Positions 26,992-37,282 of a stretch of 64,000 nt of DNA are shown one piece after another; position 1 is the stretch's first letter; each line of letters starts with the position of its first letter. The notes under the pieces are model-generated. The model did not search any database. It had not been told where the DNA came from and saw nothing but the letters and a program-made list of their open reading frames with translations. The stretch comes from Rickettsiales bacterium (GTDB lineage: Bacteria; Pseudomonadota; Alphaproteobacteria; Methylaequorales; Methylaequoraceae): NCBI GenBank assembly GCA_002691145.1, contig NZHE01000024.1, positions 8,094 to 72,093 of the forward strand. The letters are read 5' to 3'. The position numbers and the translations under genes were made by a program.

Positions 26992-28656
26992 GTGTTGAAT
27001 TTTTTATCTATTAAAAACATAGTGTTAATTGATAGCCTAAAGATAGATTTTAAAGGTGGCTTATGCGTTTTAACTGGTGAAACTGGAGCAGGTAAATCCA
27101 TTATTCTTAATTCTTTAAATCTTGTAATTGGAAGTAGAGCTGATTACACTCTACGACCGAAAAATGAGAAAATTTCTGAGGTTATTGCAACCTTTACGAA
27201 TGATAAAAATTTAAAGATCATAAATACTCTGCAGGATTTAGGAGTCACCCACTCTGAAGAACTTATTTTAAAAAGACAACTATCAAATGATGGTAAAAGT
27301 AGAGCATTTATAAACGATCACCTCGTATCATTAAGTACATTAAGAGCGATAGGCAAAGATTTAATAAGTATTGAAAGTCAATTTTCGGAACAAGGTTTAT
27401 TGGATAATAATACTCACATTGAAATCCTTGATGAATTTGGTGATTACACACATTTAATAAAAGAACTTGAACTGAGTTGGGACAATTGGAGAATCAGCAA
27501 ACAAAAAATTGATGAACTAAAAGCATCCTATTTAAAAACAAATGCTGAAAATGAAAGATTACAATTTGATCTCCAAGAATTAAACAAATTAAATCCAATA
27601 CCAGGTGAATATGAAAAACTCATTGAAGAGAAAAAAAAATTTTTAAATTTTTCAAAAATAAATGAAACATTACAAAAAATATTACTAAATTTTTCAAATG
27701 ACGAAAGTAAATCTATTGAAAGTCTGATTTCAGAAAACATTTACCTGCTGGATAAAATAAATGAACTTGTGTCTCCAGATATAAAACAAATCATAAAAGG
27801 TTTGGACTCAGTTTTAATTGATTTACAAGAATATAAACTGAAAATAGAAGAATATTTAAGCGATGAAAATTTAAGTTATAGCTCGATTGATGAAATCGAA
27901 GAAAAAATTTATTTTTACAATAAAATTTCCAAGAAACATAATTGTCAGCCTGAGCAACTAATTGAAAAGAAAAATGAGATTTTAAAGCTAAATAATTCTA
28001 ATGAAGATGTTGGAGATATAATTAAAAAACAAGAATCCGAATTAAAAGTTTTATTTGACATCTTTGATAAAAATTGCGTAGAAGTTCATGAAAAAAGACT
28101 AAGAAGCGCATCCAAACTCGATGAATTAATTAATTTTGAACTCAAAGACCTTAAATTGGAAAACGCCCAATTTAAAACATTTGTAGATATTTCTGATATT
28201 CAAAATCAAAAAGGCAAATCAAAAGTAGTATTCAAAATTAAAACAAATAAGAATTATCAATTTGATGAAATAAAGAAAATCTCTTCCGGAGGTGAACTCT
28301 GTAGATTCGCTCTAGCCATCAAGGTCGTCTCTTCAAAACATAATAAGTCATCTATCATTTTTGATGAAGTTGATAGTGGGATTGGCGGAGCTGTGGCATC
28401 AGCTGTTGGAGAAAGATTAAAAAAGCTAGGACAATCTAGGCAAGTAATAGTTGTAACTCATTCTCCACAAGTAGCTTCACTTGGTGATGAACATTTTAGA
28501 GTTATAAAAAATCTAAGTGAAAAAGAAAATGTTACTAGCATTGAAAAACTAAATCAAAGCGAAAAAGTACAAGAAATAGCAAGAATGCTTTCAGGAAAAG
28601 AAATCACAAGTGAAGCAAGATTAGCAGCAACTAAACTAATAGATAATACAAACTAG
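26992..28656 (+). CDS. recN: DNA repair protein RecN
   Basis: 'FLSIKNIVLIDSLKIDFKGGLCVLTGETGAGKSIILNSLNLVIG' Walker A region, long coiled coil, C-terminal 'IFDEVDSGIGG' and 'VIVVTHSPQVA'. GTG start. Confidence 0.85.
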   Translation: MLNFLSIKNIVLIDSLKIDFKGGLCVLTGETGAGKSIILNSLNLVIGSRADYTLRPKNEKISEVIATFTNDKNLKIINTLQDLGVTHSEELILKRQLSNDGKSRAFINDHLVSLSTLRAIGKDLISIESQFSEQGLLDNNTHIEILDEFGDYTHLIKELELSWDNWRISKQKIDELKASYLKTNAENERLQFDLQELNKLNPIPGEYEKLIEEKKKFLNFSKINETLQKILLNFSNDESKSIESLISENIYLLDKINELVSPDIKQIIKGLDSVLIDLQEYKLKIEEYLSDENLSYSSIDEIEEKIYFYNKISKKHNCQPEQLIEKKNEILKLNNSNEDVGDIIKKQESELKVLFDIFDKNCVEVHEKRLRSASKLDELINFELKDLKLENAQFKTFVDISDIQNQKGKSKVVFKIKTNKNYQFDEIKKISSGGELCRFALAIKVVSSKHNKSSIIFDEVDSGIGGAVASAVGERLKKLGQSRQVIVVTHSPQVASLGDEHFRVIKNLSEKENVTSIEKLNQSEKVQEIARMLSGKEITSEARLAATKLIDNTN

Positions 28657-29492
28657 ATTTTAGATGTTTTTTTTTTTAACCACTTTTGCTCGTCATAATT
28701 TAAGTGATTTTTTAATTTTCTAAAAACCTTTTCATGATAATTATTTAGCCAATCAATCTCACTTCTGTTCAGTAGTTTTTTGTCAATTAGGCTCAATTCA
28801 TAAGGAGCAAGTGTCAATGTTCTAAAATGTAGATAATTTTTTAGTTTAGATTCCTGAACGCATATTAAATTTTCAATTCTGATACCAAATCTATCTTTTA
28901 AATAAAATCCTGGTTCATTGGACAAAATCATTCCCGGAAGTAAGGGTATATTATTTAAAACTTTAGAGATACTTTGTGGTCCCTCATGAACTGATAAAAA
29001 ACTTCCAACACCATGACCCGTTCCATGTTCATAATCATAACCTACAGACCATAGTGATTCTCTGGCTAATGCATCAATTTGATATCCTTTAGTTTTTCTA
29101 GGAAAAATTAATTTTGATATTTTCAAATGTCCTTTTAATACTCTAGTATAAGTTTCTTTGTGAATTGATAAAATTTTATTTTTATTTCCATAAAAGATAG
29201 TTCTTGTAACATCCGTGGTTGCGCCCAAGTATTGCGCTCCAGAATCACATAAAAATATTTCTCCACTTCTAAATTTTTTTTTATTTTTATTATTTGCACT
29301 ATAATGTATTATGGCACCGTTAGCCCCAAATGCTGATATTGTTGGAAAACTTAAAGAAATAAAATTTTCATTCTGCATTCTAAATTCTTTTAATTTTTCA
29401 GCAGCAATTACTTCATTTAAAATCGTATTTCTAGTTTGTAAATCTAACCAACATAAAAATTTAACTAGTGCAACACCATCTAAAATATGCAT
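28653..29492 (-). CDS. pepP: Xaa-Pro aminopeptidase (M24B), C-terminal catalytic part of a frameshifted gene
   Basis: 'HGTGHGVGSFLSVHEGP' and 'GMILSNEPGFYLKDRFGIRIENLICV' M24 metal-binding motifs. The frame stays open upstream of the ATG (29492) to 29717 and reads as aminopeptidase-P sequence ('...ITVGIDPCILEK...'). Confidence 0.7.
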   Translation of the reverse strand: MHILDGVALVKFLCWLDLQTRNTILNEVIAAEKLKEFRMQNENFISLSFPTISAFGANGAIIHYSANNKNKKKFRSGEIFLCDSGAQYLGATTDVTRTIFYGNKNKILSIHKETYTRVLKGHLKISKLIFPRKTKGYQIDALARESLWSVGYDYEHGTGHGVGSFLSVHEGPQSISKVLNNIPLLPGMILSNEPGFYLKDRFGIRIENLICVQESKLKNYLHFRTLTLAPYELSLIDKKLLNRSEIDWLNNYHEKVFRKLKNHLNYDEQKWLKKKTSKI

Positions 29493-29727
29493 ATTAATAG
29501 CAGATTTAATCTCTATTTCATTCTTCTTTGACTTTTCAAGTATGCAAGGATCAATTCCAACTGTTATTTTTCTTTTGTGTTTTTGAGCTAAATATTTAAA
29601 ATAAAAGGTAGAATTTTGGTTGATAAAAATATTTTTGACTTCATCACTTTTTTTAATTTCTGTTCCAATTAAATGCTCAGATTCTACTTTTATATTTAAA
29701 TCATCCTCAAATACTTTTAACTCTCCA

Positions 29728-30417
29728 TTATTTATTTTTTTTTTTATTAATAAAAAGTATTAATTTATTTTTCTTAATAAGTAATCTACAAAATACTAAT
29801 GGTGTATGCTCTAGATCTCCTCCCCTAATGTTTAGAAGCCATGCGATTGATTCTGGTGAAGTAAAAATAACTAAATCATAGTCTTTTAGTATTTCTTTTA
29901 TTCTTTTTATTTTACTTGTAGCTTTTTCGCCAGAGTATCTTTCTGATAAAAAAAATAAATTTTTACTTTTTTCGTTTTCAATATTATTGAAAATATTATC
30001 AATAAAATTATTTTTATTTAATATTAGTTTATTATTTGTTTCTTTAAAAACGTCTATTAATTTTTCAATAAAAAAAATGCTATTTATTTTCATGTCTACG
30101 GAAATCTTAAATTTTTTTTCTTTAATATTTTTAGTGACCCAATCAAATATATTTATTTTTGAAGTATCAAAAATATTAAATTTTTCAGAAAGCTCTTTTT
30201 TAGATTGAAGTATGTACCTTCCATCAGTAAAAAAAAGTAATTTGCGTCGCAAAATAAAGCAAATTCCATTTGAACCAGTAAAATTTGTCAACCATTTTAA
30301 TCTATTTTTAACATTCGGAACATATTCGTTTAAATATTCGTCAGTACATGGAAGTATATACCCATCCATATGATTTTTTTTCATTTCTTTTTGAAGCTTT
30401 AGAATTTTACTATGCAT
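29728..30417 (-). CDS. pepP: Xaa-Pro aminopeptidase N-terminal (Creatinase_N-like) part, ending at a poly(A) run
   Basis: 'YILPCTDEYLNEYVP...FTGSNGICFI...LFFTDGRYILQSKKEL' is the aminopeptidase-P N-domain. Ends '...FINKKKNK*' in the T-run 29736-29745 (poly-A on the coding strand). Confidence 0.65.
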   Translation of the reverse strand: MHSKILKLQKEMKKNHMDGYILPCTDEYLNEYVPNVKNRLKWLTNFTGSNGICFILRRKLLFFTDGRYILQSKKELSEKFNIFDTSKINIFDWVTKNIKEKKFKISVDMKINSIFFIEKLIDVFKETNNKLILNKNNFIDNIFNNIENEKSKNLFFLSERYSGEKATSKIKRIKEILKDYDLVIFTSPESIAWLLNIRGGDLEHTPLVFCRLLIKKNKLILFINKKKNK

Positions 30418-30418
30418 G

Positions 30419-32566
30419 TCAAATAACTTTTTTTAAATAACTTGAGAGTAACTTAATAATTTCACTTGAATTTTCAAACTTTACTTGAATTTTTTCAAAA
30501 TCTGTACCTAAAACAATTCCATTTCCAAAACTTTCATGAAATACTTTATCCCCGATGATAAACTTTGAGCTCAATTTCTTTATTGAGCTTTTATTTCTTT
30601 TTGATAATTGTTGATTAATGTTAATAATCTTGACCTCACAGTTTTTTTGCGGAAGTTCAGACAGAAATCTTGATGGAATTGTTCTATAAACACTTTGATT
30701 ATATTGCTTCCTGTAGTTACAATAGAATATTGATAGGCCTAGTCGCGCTCTAGTAATACCAACATAGGCTAATCTTCGTTCTTCTTCTAAGCCAAGATTT
30801 CCCGTTTCGTCAATGGTTCTTTGATTTGGGAATATACCTTCTTCCCACCCTGGTAAAAAAATGTATTCAAATTCAAGACCTTTAGCACTATGCAATGTCA
30901 TCAATGAAACTTTTTTTTTATTTTCATCATTGTTTGAATTATCAATTACCAAACTTACTTCCTCAAGAAATTCAGAAATAGATTCTCTTTTTTCAATGTC
31001 AACTATCAGCTTCTTTAAATTTTCAAGTTTACCCTCTGATTCTGGTGTTTTATCATTTAGAAGCATCTCAGTATAACCTATATCGTCTAAAAGTGAGCCT
31101 GCCACCTCACTATTTTTTGCCTTCGTAAGTTTAATTCTGTGGTTATCTAAAATTTTAAAAAAAAGTTTTAGATTTTGAATAACTTTATTTGTGAACTGTT
31201 TTAAATGAATAAGATCCTGAAATGAAGCAAATAGTGTCAAATTTTTTTTATCCGCATTTTCATTTGCTTTTGCTAGAACGGACTTTCCAATTCCTCTTTT
31301 GGGTAAGTTTACAACTCTTTCGAGTGCCAAATTATCACTTTCGTTTATTAAAATTCTAAAAAAAGAAATTGCATCTTTTATTTCCTTTCTTTCATAAAAT
31401 TTTAAACCACCAACAACTCTATATCTTATATTTTCATTTAAAAATCTGTCTTCTATTTCTTTAAACTGAAAACTTGCTCTTGTCAAAATTGCTATCTCTG
31501 AACTTTTTACACCCTCATTGTTCAAATTCTTAATTTTTTCAGAAATCTGATAAGCCTCTATTTCATCATTCTCAACATTTATAATGTTCACTTTTTCTCC
31601 ATCCAAATCACTTGTCCAAAGTTTTTTTCCTATTCTTTCTGTATTCTCAGAAATTATATTTGAAGCTGCTGCTAAAATATTTGCTGATGACCTATAATTT
31701 TGTTCTAATCTGATGATTTTAGAACCTGGAAAGTCTTTTTCAAAATTTAATATATTTTTTAGTTGCGCCCCTCTCCAACCATAAATAGATTGATCCTCAT
31801 CTCCAACACAACAGATATTTCTATTTTTTTCTGCGAGTAATCTTAAAAAAAGATACTGAGATGCGTTAGTATCCTGGTATTCATCAACAAGGATATATTT
31901 AAATTTTGAATGGTACTGATTAAGTAAATTTTTATTTTCTTTCAATAGATTCAATGGATGTAAAATTAGGTCTCCAAAATCAACCGCATTAAATATTTTT
32001 AGTCTCTCTTGATATAAACTGTAAATACCTTTTAGTTTGCCATTTGAAAAATTTTGGAATTCGTGACTAGAGATTTTTTCAGGATCTAATCCAAGATTTT
32101 TTAATTGATTTATAAAGTAAAGATAGTTCTTCGGAACATACTTTTTTTTATCGAGATTTAATATATCTAAAACCTGTTTGATTAATCGTATTTGATCATC
32201 CGTATCTAAAATTGTAAAATCCCGTTTAAGCGATACTAATTCAGCATGTTTTCTGAGTATTCTTACTCCTATAGAGTGAAAAGTACCGATGAACATACCC
32301 TCAACTGGTCTCTTTAGTAAATTTTCAACTCTATTCTTCATCTCAAAAGCAGCTTTATTAGTAAAAGTTACAGCCAAAATTTCTGATGTTGACGCCATTC
32401 TTGAGAATATTAAATTTGCTATTCTAGATGTTAATACTTTTGTTTTACCGGTCCCGGCCCCTGACAAAACTAGAAGTGGACCATCAAAAGTGTTAACCGC
32501 CTCCTTTTGTTGCTCATTTAAACTTTGAAGAAAATCAGCTTCAGGTAAAATAACTTTCTCAATCAT
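30419..32566 (-). CDS. uvrD: ATP-dependent DNA helicase, UvrD/PcrA/Rep family
   Basis: 'LLVLSGAGTGKTKVLTSRIANLI' (motif I), 'ILVDEYQDTN' (motif II), 'VGDEDQSIYGWRGA' (motif III) and a C-terminal 'IGDKVFHESFGNGIV' Tudor-like tail. Confidence 0.8.
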   Translation of the reverse strand: MIEKVILPEADFLQSLNEQQKEAVNTFDGPLLVLSGAGTGKTKVLTSRIANLIFSRMASTSEILAVTFTNKAAFEMKNRVENLLKRPVEGMFIGTFHSIGVRILRKHAELVSLKRDFTILDTDDQIRLIKQVLDILNLDKKKYVPKNYLYFINQLKNLGLDPEKISSHEFQNFSNGKLKGIYSLYQERLKIFNAVDFGDLILHPLNLLKENKNLLNQYHSKFKYILVDEYQDTNASQYLFLRLLAEKNRNICCVGDEDQSIYGWRGAQLKNILNFEKDFPGSKIIRLEQNYRSSANILAAASNIISENTERIGKKLWTSDLDGEKVNIINVENDEIEAYQISEKIKNLNNEGVKSSEIAILTRASFQFKEIEDRFLNENIRYRVVGGLKFYERKEIKDAISFFRILINESDNLALERVVNLPKRGIGKSVLAKANENADKKNLTLFASFQDLIHLKQFTNKVIQNLKLFFKILDNHRIKLTKAKNSEVAGSLLDDIGYTEMLLNDKTPESEGKLENLKKLIVDIEKRESISEFLEEVSLVIDNSNNDENKKKVSLMTLHSAKGLEFEYIFLPGWEEGIFPNQRTIDETGNLGLEEERRLAYVGITRARLGLSIFYCNYRKQYNQSVYRTIPSRFLSELPQKNCEVKIININQQLSKRNKSSIKKLSSKFIIGDKVFHESFGNGIVLGTDFEKIQVKFENSSEIIKLLSSYLKKVI

Positions 32567-32578
32567 AGAACAAGAATA

Positions 32579-35224
32579 TTATACATTTTTTTTTGGTGAG
32601 TAACTTAAATTAGATCCCAACCACTTTTCAACATAAGCTAAATCTTTTTTCTTTCTTCTAGCATAATCTTGTATTTGATCTTTATTTATTTTACCAACTC
32701 CAAAATAACTTGCATTTGGATTCGCAAAATAAAATCCAGAAACTGAACTCATTGGTGACATCGCATATGATTCAGTTAGAGATATTTTCAGATTTTTTCC
32801 TATTTCTAATAGATCAAATAAGGTTTCTTTTTCAGAATGATCTGGACATGCTGGATATCCAGGAGCTGGCCTAATACCCAAATAATCTTCATTTATTAGC
32901 TGTTGATTATTTAATCGTTCATTTTTATTATATCCCCAATATTTTTTCCTTACATCCATATGTAATTTTTCTGCTAAACCTTCCGCTAATCTATCTCCCA
33001 AAGATTTAATTAAAATTGAATTGTAATCATCTTTTTTTGCTTCGAAATATTTCGCATTCCTATCAATTCCTTTTCCAGCTGTAACTGCAAAACCACCAAT
33101 ATAATCTTTTATTTTTGAATCCTTAGGAGCGACAAAGTCGGATAAACAAAAATTTGCTCTTCCGTTTGTTTGCCTTTTAATTTGTTGTCTGAGAAAAAAG
33201 AGCTTCTTTTTAATTTTTACTCTTTTATCATCTTCATAAATTTCTATATCATCATCCGATGAATTTGCTGGCCAAAATCCAATAACAGCTTGTAGTTTTG
33301 TTAAACTATCGTTTTCAATTCTTCTTAACATAGCTTGAGCATCTTTCCAAAGTTCTCTTGCAGATTTGCCAACAATTTTATCGTCAAGAATATCTGGGAA
33401 TTTTCCGTAGAGTTCCCATGATTCAAAAAAAGGCTTCCAATCGATATATGGAATGATTTCATCTGTTGATATGTTGTTGATTATTTTGACGTCTAAAATC
33501 TCAGGTTTTGCGATGTTATATTTTTTCCAATCGATTTTATATTTATTTTTTCTTGACTCTACCAAGGATACTTTTGCTTTTCCTTTATCTTTTTTGTAGA
33601 ATTTTGCTTTTATTTCATCATACTCTTTTTTAATTAAATCCTTAAATGGCAAACTATTTTTATGAGAAATTAATTTGCTAGCAACACCAACAGCTTTTGA
33701 GGCATCTGGAACATAAATTACACCGTATCTATACTCTGGAAAAATTTTAATGGCAGTATGTATCTTACTAGTTGTCGCGCCACCGATCATAAGAGGTATT
33801 TTAATTTTTTGCTTACTTAGTTCGCTAGCTACATAACACATTTCATCTAAACTTGGGGTAATTAATCCCGACAAACCTATTATATTTACATTTTCCGCAA
33901 TTGCAGTGTCTATAATTTTTTGAGCAGGAACCATTACACCTAAATCGATTACATCATAGTTATTACATTGTAATACTACACCAACAATATTTTTTCCAAT
34001 ATCATGAACATCACCTTTAACAGTAGCTAACAAAATTTTTCCTTTAACACTTTTTTTTTCTTCTGAACTATCTTTCATAAAAGGAAGAAGGTAACCTACT
34101 GACTGTTTCATTACTCTAGCTGATTTAACCACTTGTGGTAAGAACATTTTTCCAGAGCCAAAAAGATCTCCAACCTCATTCATTCCGTCCATAAGAGGAC
34201 CCTCAATAATCTCAAGAGGTTTAGAATATTTTTTTCTTAACTCCTCAGTATCTGAACTTACATAATCATTGATTCCGTTAACAAGCGAGTAAATTATTCT
34301 TTTTTCTGGTGTTTTTTTTCTCCATAATACTTTCTTTTTTTTCTTTATTACTTTACCAGAATATTTTTCTGAAATTTTTATTAACTCTTCAGTTGCATCT
34401 TCTTTTTTATTGAATAATACATTTTCAATCGCAATTTTCAGATCCTTTTGAATTTGCTCATATATTGTTATCTGACCTGCGTTTACAATTGCCATATCTA
34501 AACCAGCCTTGATAGCATGATACAAAAAACATGAGTGCATAGCTTCTCTAATTTGGTTATTACCCCTAAAACTAAATGAAACATTCGACAGACCACCTGA
34601 TACCTTAGCATTAGGTAATTCTGATTTAATAAGCCTAGTCGCTTCAAAAAAATCCTTAGCATAATTGTTATGCTCTTTCATACCAGTAGCAACAGCAAAA
34701 ATATTTGGATCAAAAATAATATCAGAGCTTGGGAATTTTATTCTCTCAACTAGTATCTTATAAGCTCTTTCACAAATAGAAAATTTTCTCTCAACGTTGT
34801 CGGCTTGTCCATTTTCGTCAAAAGCCATGATTACTACAGCAGCACCGTAAGACTTTACAATATCTGCTTGCTCTTCAAAAACACTTTCACCCTCTTTAAG
34901 ACTTATTGAATTTACAACACATTTACCTTGAATACATTTCAAACCTGTTTCTATTACTGACCATTTAGAAGAATCAATCATAAATGGAACTTTTGCAATA
35001 CCAGGTTCAGATGAGAGTAAATTCAAAAAATTTTTCATTGCAAATTCTGAATCCAATAATCCTTCATCCATGTTAATGTCAATTATTTGAGCTCCATTAT
35101 CAACTTGTTGTCTTGCGACCTCTACTGCATCATTATATTTTCCGTCTAAAATTAATTTTTTAAACTTCAAAGAACCTGTTACATTAGTTCTTTCACCAAT
35201 ATTTATAAAATTAGACTTAATCAT
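32579..35224 (-). CDS. metH: methionine synthase, pterin-binding + cobalamin-binding + AdoMet-reactivation domains (Hcy domain encoded separately)
   Basis: Starts directly with the pterin domain '[11 protein letters not shown]'. B12 domain has '[11 protein letters not shown]' (DxHxxG), 'GLSGLITPS' (SxL) and 'IGGATTS' (GG). C-terminal AdoMet activation domain '...[11 protein letters not shown]...'. There is no Hcy-binding TIM barrel at the N-terminus. Confidence 0.85.
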   Translation of the reverse strand: MIKSNFINIGERTNVTGSLKFKKLILDGKYNDAVEVARQQVDNGAQIIDINMDEGLLDSEFAMKNFLNLLSSEPGIAKVPFMIDSSKWSVIETGLKCIQGKCVVNSISLKEGESVFEEQADIVKSYGAAVVIMAFDENGQADNVERKFSICERAYKILVERIKFPSSDIIFDPNIFAVATGMKEHNNYAKDFFEATRLIKSELPNAKVSGGLSNVSFSFRGNNQIREAMHSCFLYHAIKAGLDMAIVNAGQITIYEQIQKDLKIAIENVLFNKKEDATEELIKISEKYSGKVIKKKKKVLWRKKTPEKRIIYSLVNGINDYVSSDTEELRKKYSKPLEIIEGPLMDGMNEVGDLFGSGKMFLPQVVKSARVMKQSVGYLLPFMKDSSEEKKSVKGKILLATVKGDVHDIGKNIVGVVLQCNNYDVIDLGVMVPAQKIIDTAIAENVNIIGLSGLITPSLDEMCYVASELSKQKIKIPLMIGGATTSKIHTAIKIFPEYRYGVIYVPDASKAVGVASKLISHKNSLPFKDLIKKEYDEIKAKFYKKDKGKAKVSLVESRKNKYKIDWKKYNIAKPEILDVKIINNISTDEIIPYIDWKPFFESWELYGKFPDILDDKIVGKSARELWKDAQAMLRRIENDSLTKLQAVIGFWPANSSDDDIEIYEDDKRVKIKKKLFFLRQQIKRQTNGRANFCLSDFVAPKDSKIKDYIGGFAVTAGKGIDRNAKYFEAKKDDYNSILIKSLGDRLAEGLAEKLHMDVRKKYWGYNKNERLNNQQLINEDYLGIRPAPGYPACPDHSEKETLFDLLEIGKNLKISLTESYAMSPMSSVSGFYFANPNASYFGVGKINKDQIQDYARRKKKDLAYVEKWLGSNLSYSPKKNV

Positions 35225-35238
35225 GTTATTTTCTTAAT

Positions 35239-36285
35239 TTAAATTTCAAAAGTTTCTAATCCAGTCAATCTAAACTTTTCTTTTGATATGACTTTTTTTC
35301 TTGGTTTAATATTTTCAACGGCATCTTTTATTGCTTTTATATGCGTTGGTGTGGTTCCACAGCAACCGCCTATTATATTTATATATGAATTATTTGCCCA
35401 ATTTTCAGCAAAATAAGCCATTTTTTTTGGAGTTTCATCGTACTCTCCAAATGCATTTGGTAGTCCCGCATTAGAATGAACACTAGTGCATACCTTGCAA
35501 ATCCTTGATAACTCAGCAACATACTGTTCCAGTTCTTTTGGTCCAAGAGCGCAGTTTAAACCGATGCTAATAGGTTTAGAAAAAATCACAGAATAATAAA
35601 ACGCTTCTAGGGTTTGTCCTGAAAGAGTTCTACCTGACAAATCTGTAATTGTAACAGAAAGCATAAGTGGGATTTTTTTTTTATTTTTTTTCTCGTACTC
35701 CTTTATCGCAATTAAGGCTGCTTTAGCATTCAGAGTATCAAAAATTGTCTCAACAAAAATAATATCTACTCCTCCTTGAATTAAGGCATCAATGCAAGAA
35801 TAATAATCTGATTTTAGCTCGTCGAAATTTATATTTCTAAATCCTGGATCATTTACATCAGGAGACATAGAACAAGTTCTACTAGTGGGACCCAAAATTC
35901 CGGCAACAAATCTTTTTTCTTTTGGATTATCAATCATAAATTTATCAGTCACCTCTCTAGCAATTTTTGCGCCTGTAAAATTTAGGTCATAAGCACTATC
36001 CTCAAGTTTGTAGTCAGACTGAGAGACTTTTGTAGAATTAAAAGTATTTGTCTCGATAATATCAGCTCCTGCTTCAAGATATTTTTTATGAATATCTCTA
36101 ATTAAATTTGGCTGAGTAATATTTAACAAATCATTATTACCTTTAACTAATTTATTTATATTTCGAAATTCATTCCCCCTAAAATCATTCTCTGTAAGAC
36201 TATGTTTTTGAATCATTGTACCCATAGCTCCATCAAGTATTAAAATTTTATGCTCAAGAAGATTTTTCAATATTTTATCAATCAT
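35239..36285 (-). CDS. metH: methionine synthase homocysteine-binding (S-methyltransferase) domain protein
   Basis: 'ILILDGAMGTMIQ', 'GADIIETNTF' and 'GGCCGTTPTHI' are the Hcy-binding/zinc motifs (the Cys triad includes 'GLNCALG' and 'GGCCG'). Stop lies 14 nt upstream of the pterin/B12 ORF start. Confidence 0.85.
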   Translation of the reverse strand: MIDKILKNLLEHKILILDGAMGTMIQKHSLTENDFRGNEFRNINKLVKGNNDLLNITQPNLIRDIHKKYLEAGADIIETNTFNSTKVSQSDYKLEDSAYDLNFTGAKIAREVTDKFMIDNPKEKRFVAGILGPTSRTCSMSPDVNDPGFRNINFDELKSDYYSCIDALIQGGVDIIFVETIFDTLNAKAALIAIKEYEKKNKKKIPLMLSVTITDLSGRTLSGQTLEAFYYSVIFSKPISIGLNCALGPKELEQYVAELSRICKVCTSVHSNAGLPNAFGEYDETPKKMAYFAENWANNSYINIIGGCCGTTPTHIKAIKDAVENIKPRKKVISKEKFRLTGLETFEI

Positions 36286-36289
36286 TAAA

Positions 36290-37150
36290 CTAATCCTGTA
36301 AGGTCCTGATTCCTAAAATATGACAGATAGCAAAGGTTAAATCGGCTCTATTCAAAGTATAAAAATGAAATTCTTTAATTCCTTCTTTTAAAAGTCGCAT
36401 ACATTGTTCGGCTGCGATAGTTGCTGCAACTAATTTTCTCGTTTCAGGATCAGAATCTAATCCAATAAACATATTTTTTAACCAATTTGGTATATTACAA
36501 TTCATAGAGTTGGAAAATTCAATGGTTTTTTTACAATTCGTAACAGGTAATATACCTGGAATTATTGGTATATTAATATTTCTCTTTCTAATATTTTCTA
36601 AAAACTTTAAATAAATATCTGTATCTAAAAAAAACTGAGAAATCCCTCTTGTAGCTCCTAAATCGATCTTTCTTTTCAAAACATCATAGTCTTTTTCAGT
36701 AGTGTCTGATTCTGGATGACCCTCAGGGTAAGCAGAAACTGTAATTTCAAAATCGTTTCTACTTTTTAGAATTTTTATCAAATCTGTAGCATAGTTGAGT
36801 TGGTCATTAATTGAATTACCGTTTTCTAAAACTCTATCACCTCTTAGTGCTACAATATGCTTGATACCCTCATTCCAATATGTGTCTGCAATATCTATTA
36901 GTTCCTCTTTAGTCGAATTTACACATGTAAGGTGTGCGGCAGGTTGTATTTTTGATTCTTTTTTAATTTTTGAAACTAATTCATGAGTTCTTTTTCTAGT
37001 TGAACCCATAGCCCCGTAGGTTACGGAGACAAATTGAGGTTTAAGAGGTTCTAATCTCTTGAATGTATGCCATAAAGATTGTTCCATTTTCTCACTTTTT
37101 GGTGGAAAAAATTCGAAAGAAACTTTTAAATTTTTATAATTACTTAACAT
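36290..37150 (-). CDS. metF: 5,10-methylenetetrahydrofolate reductase
   Basis: 'VSFEFFPPKSEKMEQ', 'FVSVTYGAMGSTR' and 'IVALRGD' MetF motifs; first gene of the metF-metH operon. Confidence 0.85.
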   Translation of the reverse strand: MLSNYKNLKVSFEFFPPKSEKMEQSLWHTFKRLEPLKPQFVSVTYGAMGSTRKRTHELVSKIKKESKIQPAAHLTCVNSTKEELIDIADTYWNEGIKHIVALRGDRVLENGNSINDQLNYATDLIKILKSRNDFEITVSAYPEGHPESDTTEKDYDVLKRKIDLGATRGISQFFLDTDIYLKFLENIRKRNINIPIIPGILPVTNCKKTIEFSNSMNCNIPNWLKNMFIGLDSDPETRKLVAATIAAEQCMRLLKEGIKEFHFYTLNRADLTFAICHILGIRTLQD

Positions 37151-37282
37151 TTTGACAAATTAGCTCAGAAAAATATAAAATGATAGATTAAAGTCAAAAA
37201 AAATATAAAATAATGTTTTTTTTTTATACTTTAATAATTTTTTTATATATTATGAGTATATATTTATTTATATGGTTTAAAG

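Noticed and set aside
26900-26995. Alphaproteobacterial LexA box (GTTC-N7-GTTC / GAAC-N7-GAAC) upstream of recN, uvrB (51339-51389) and the UvrD-family helicase gene
   Set aside because: Searched these spacers by eye and found no GTTC/GAAC direct-repeat pair. recN begins directly after bamD with no spacer, so any SOS operator would have to lie inside bamD. This cannot be asserted from sequence.
37151-37282. Possible SAM-responsive riboswitch (SAM-II/SAM-V type) in the 130-nt leader of the metF-metH operon (minus strand)
   Set aside because: The leader is almost pure A/T. I could find 'GAGCUAA' near the start codon, but not the pseudoknot/triplex pattern (G-C P1 stem plus the 'AAAGCU' 3' strand) these riboswitches need. 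A covariance-model scan would be decisive; by eye it does not qualify.
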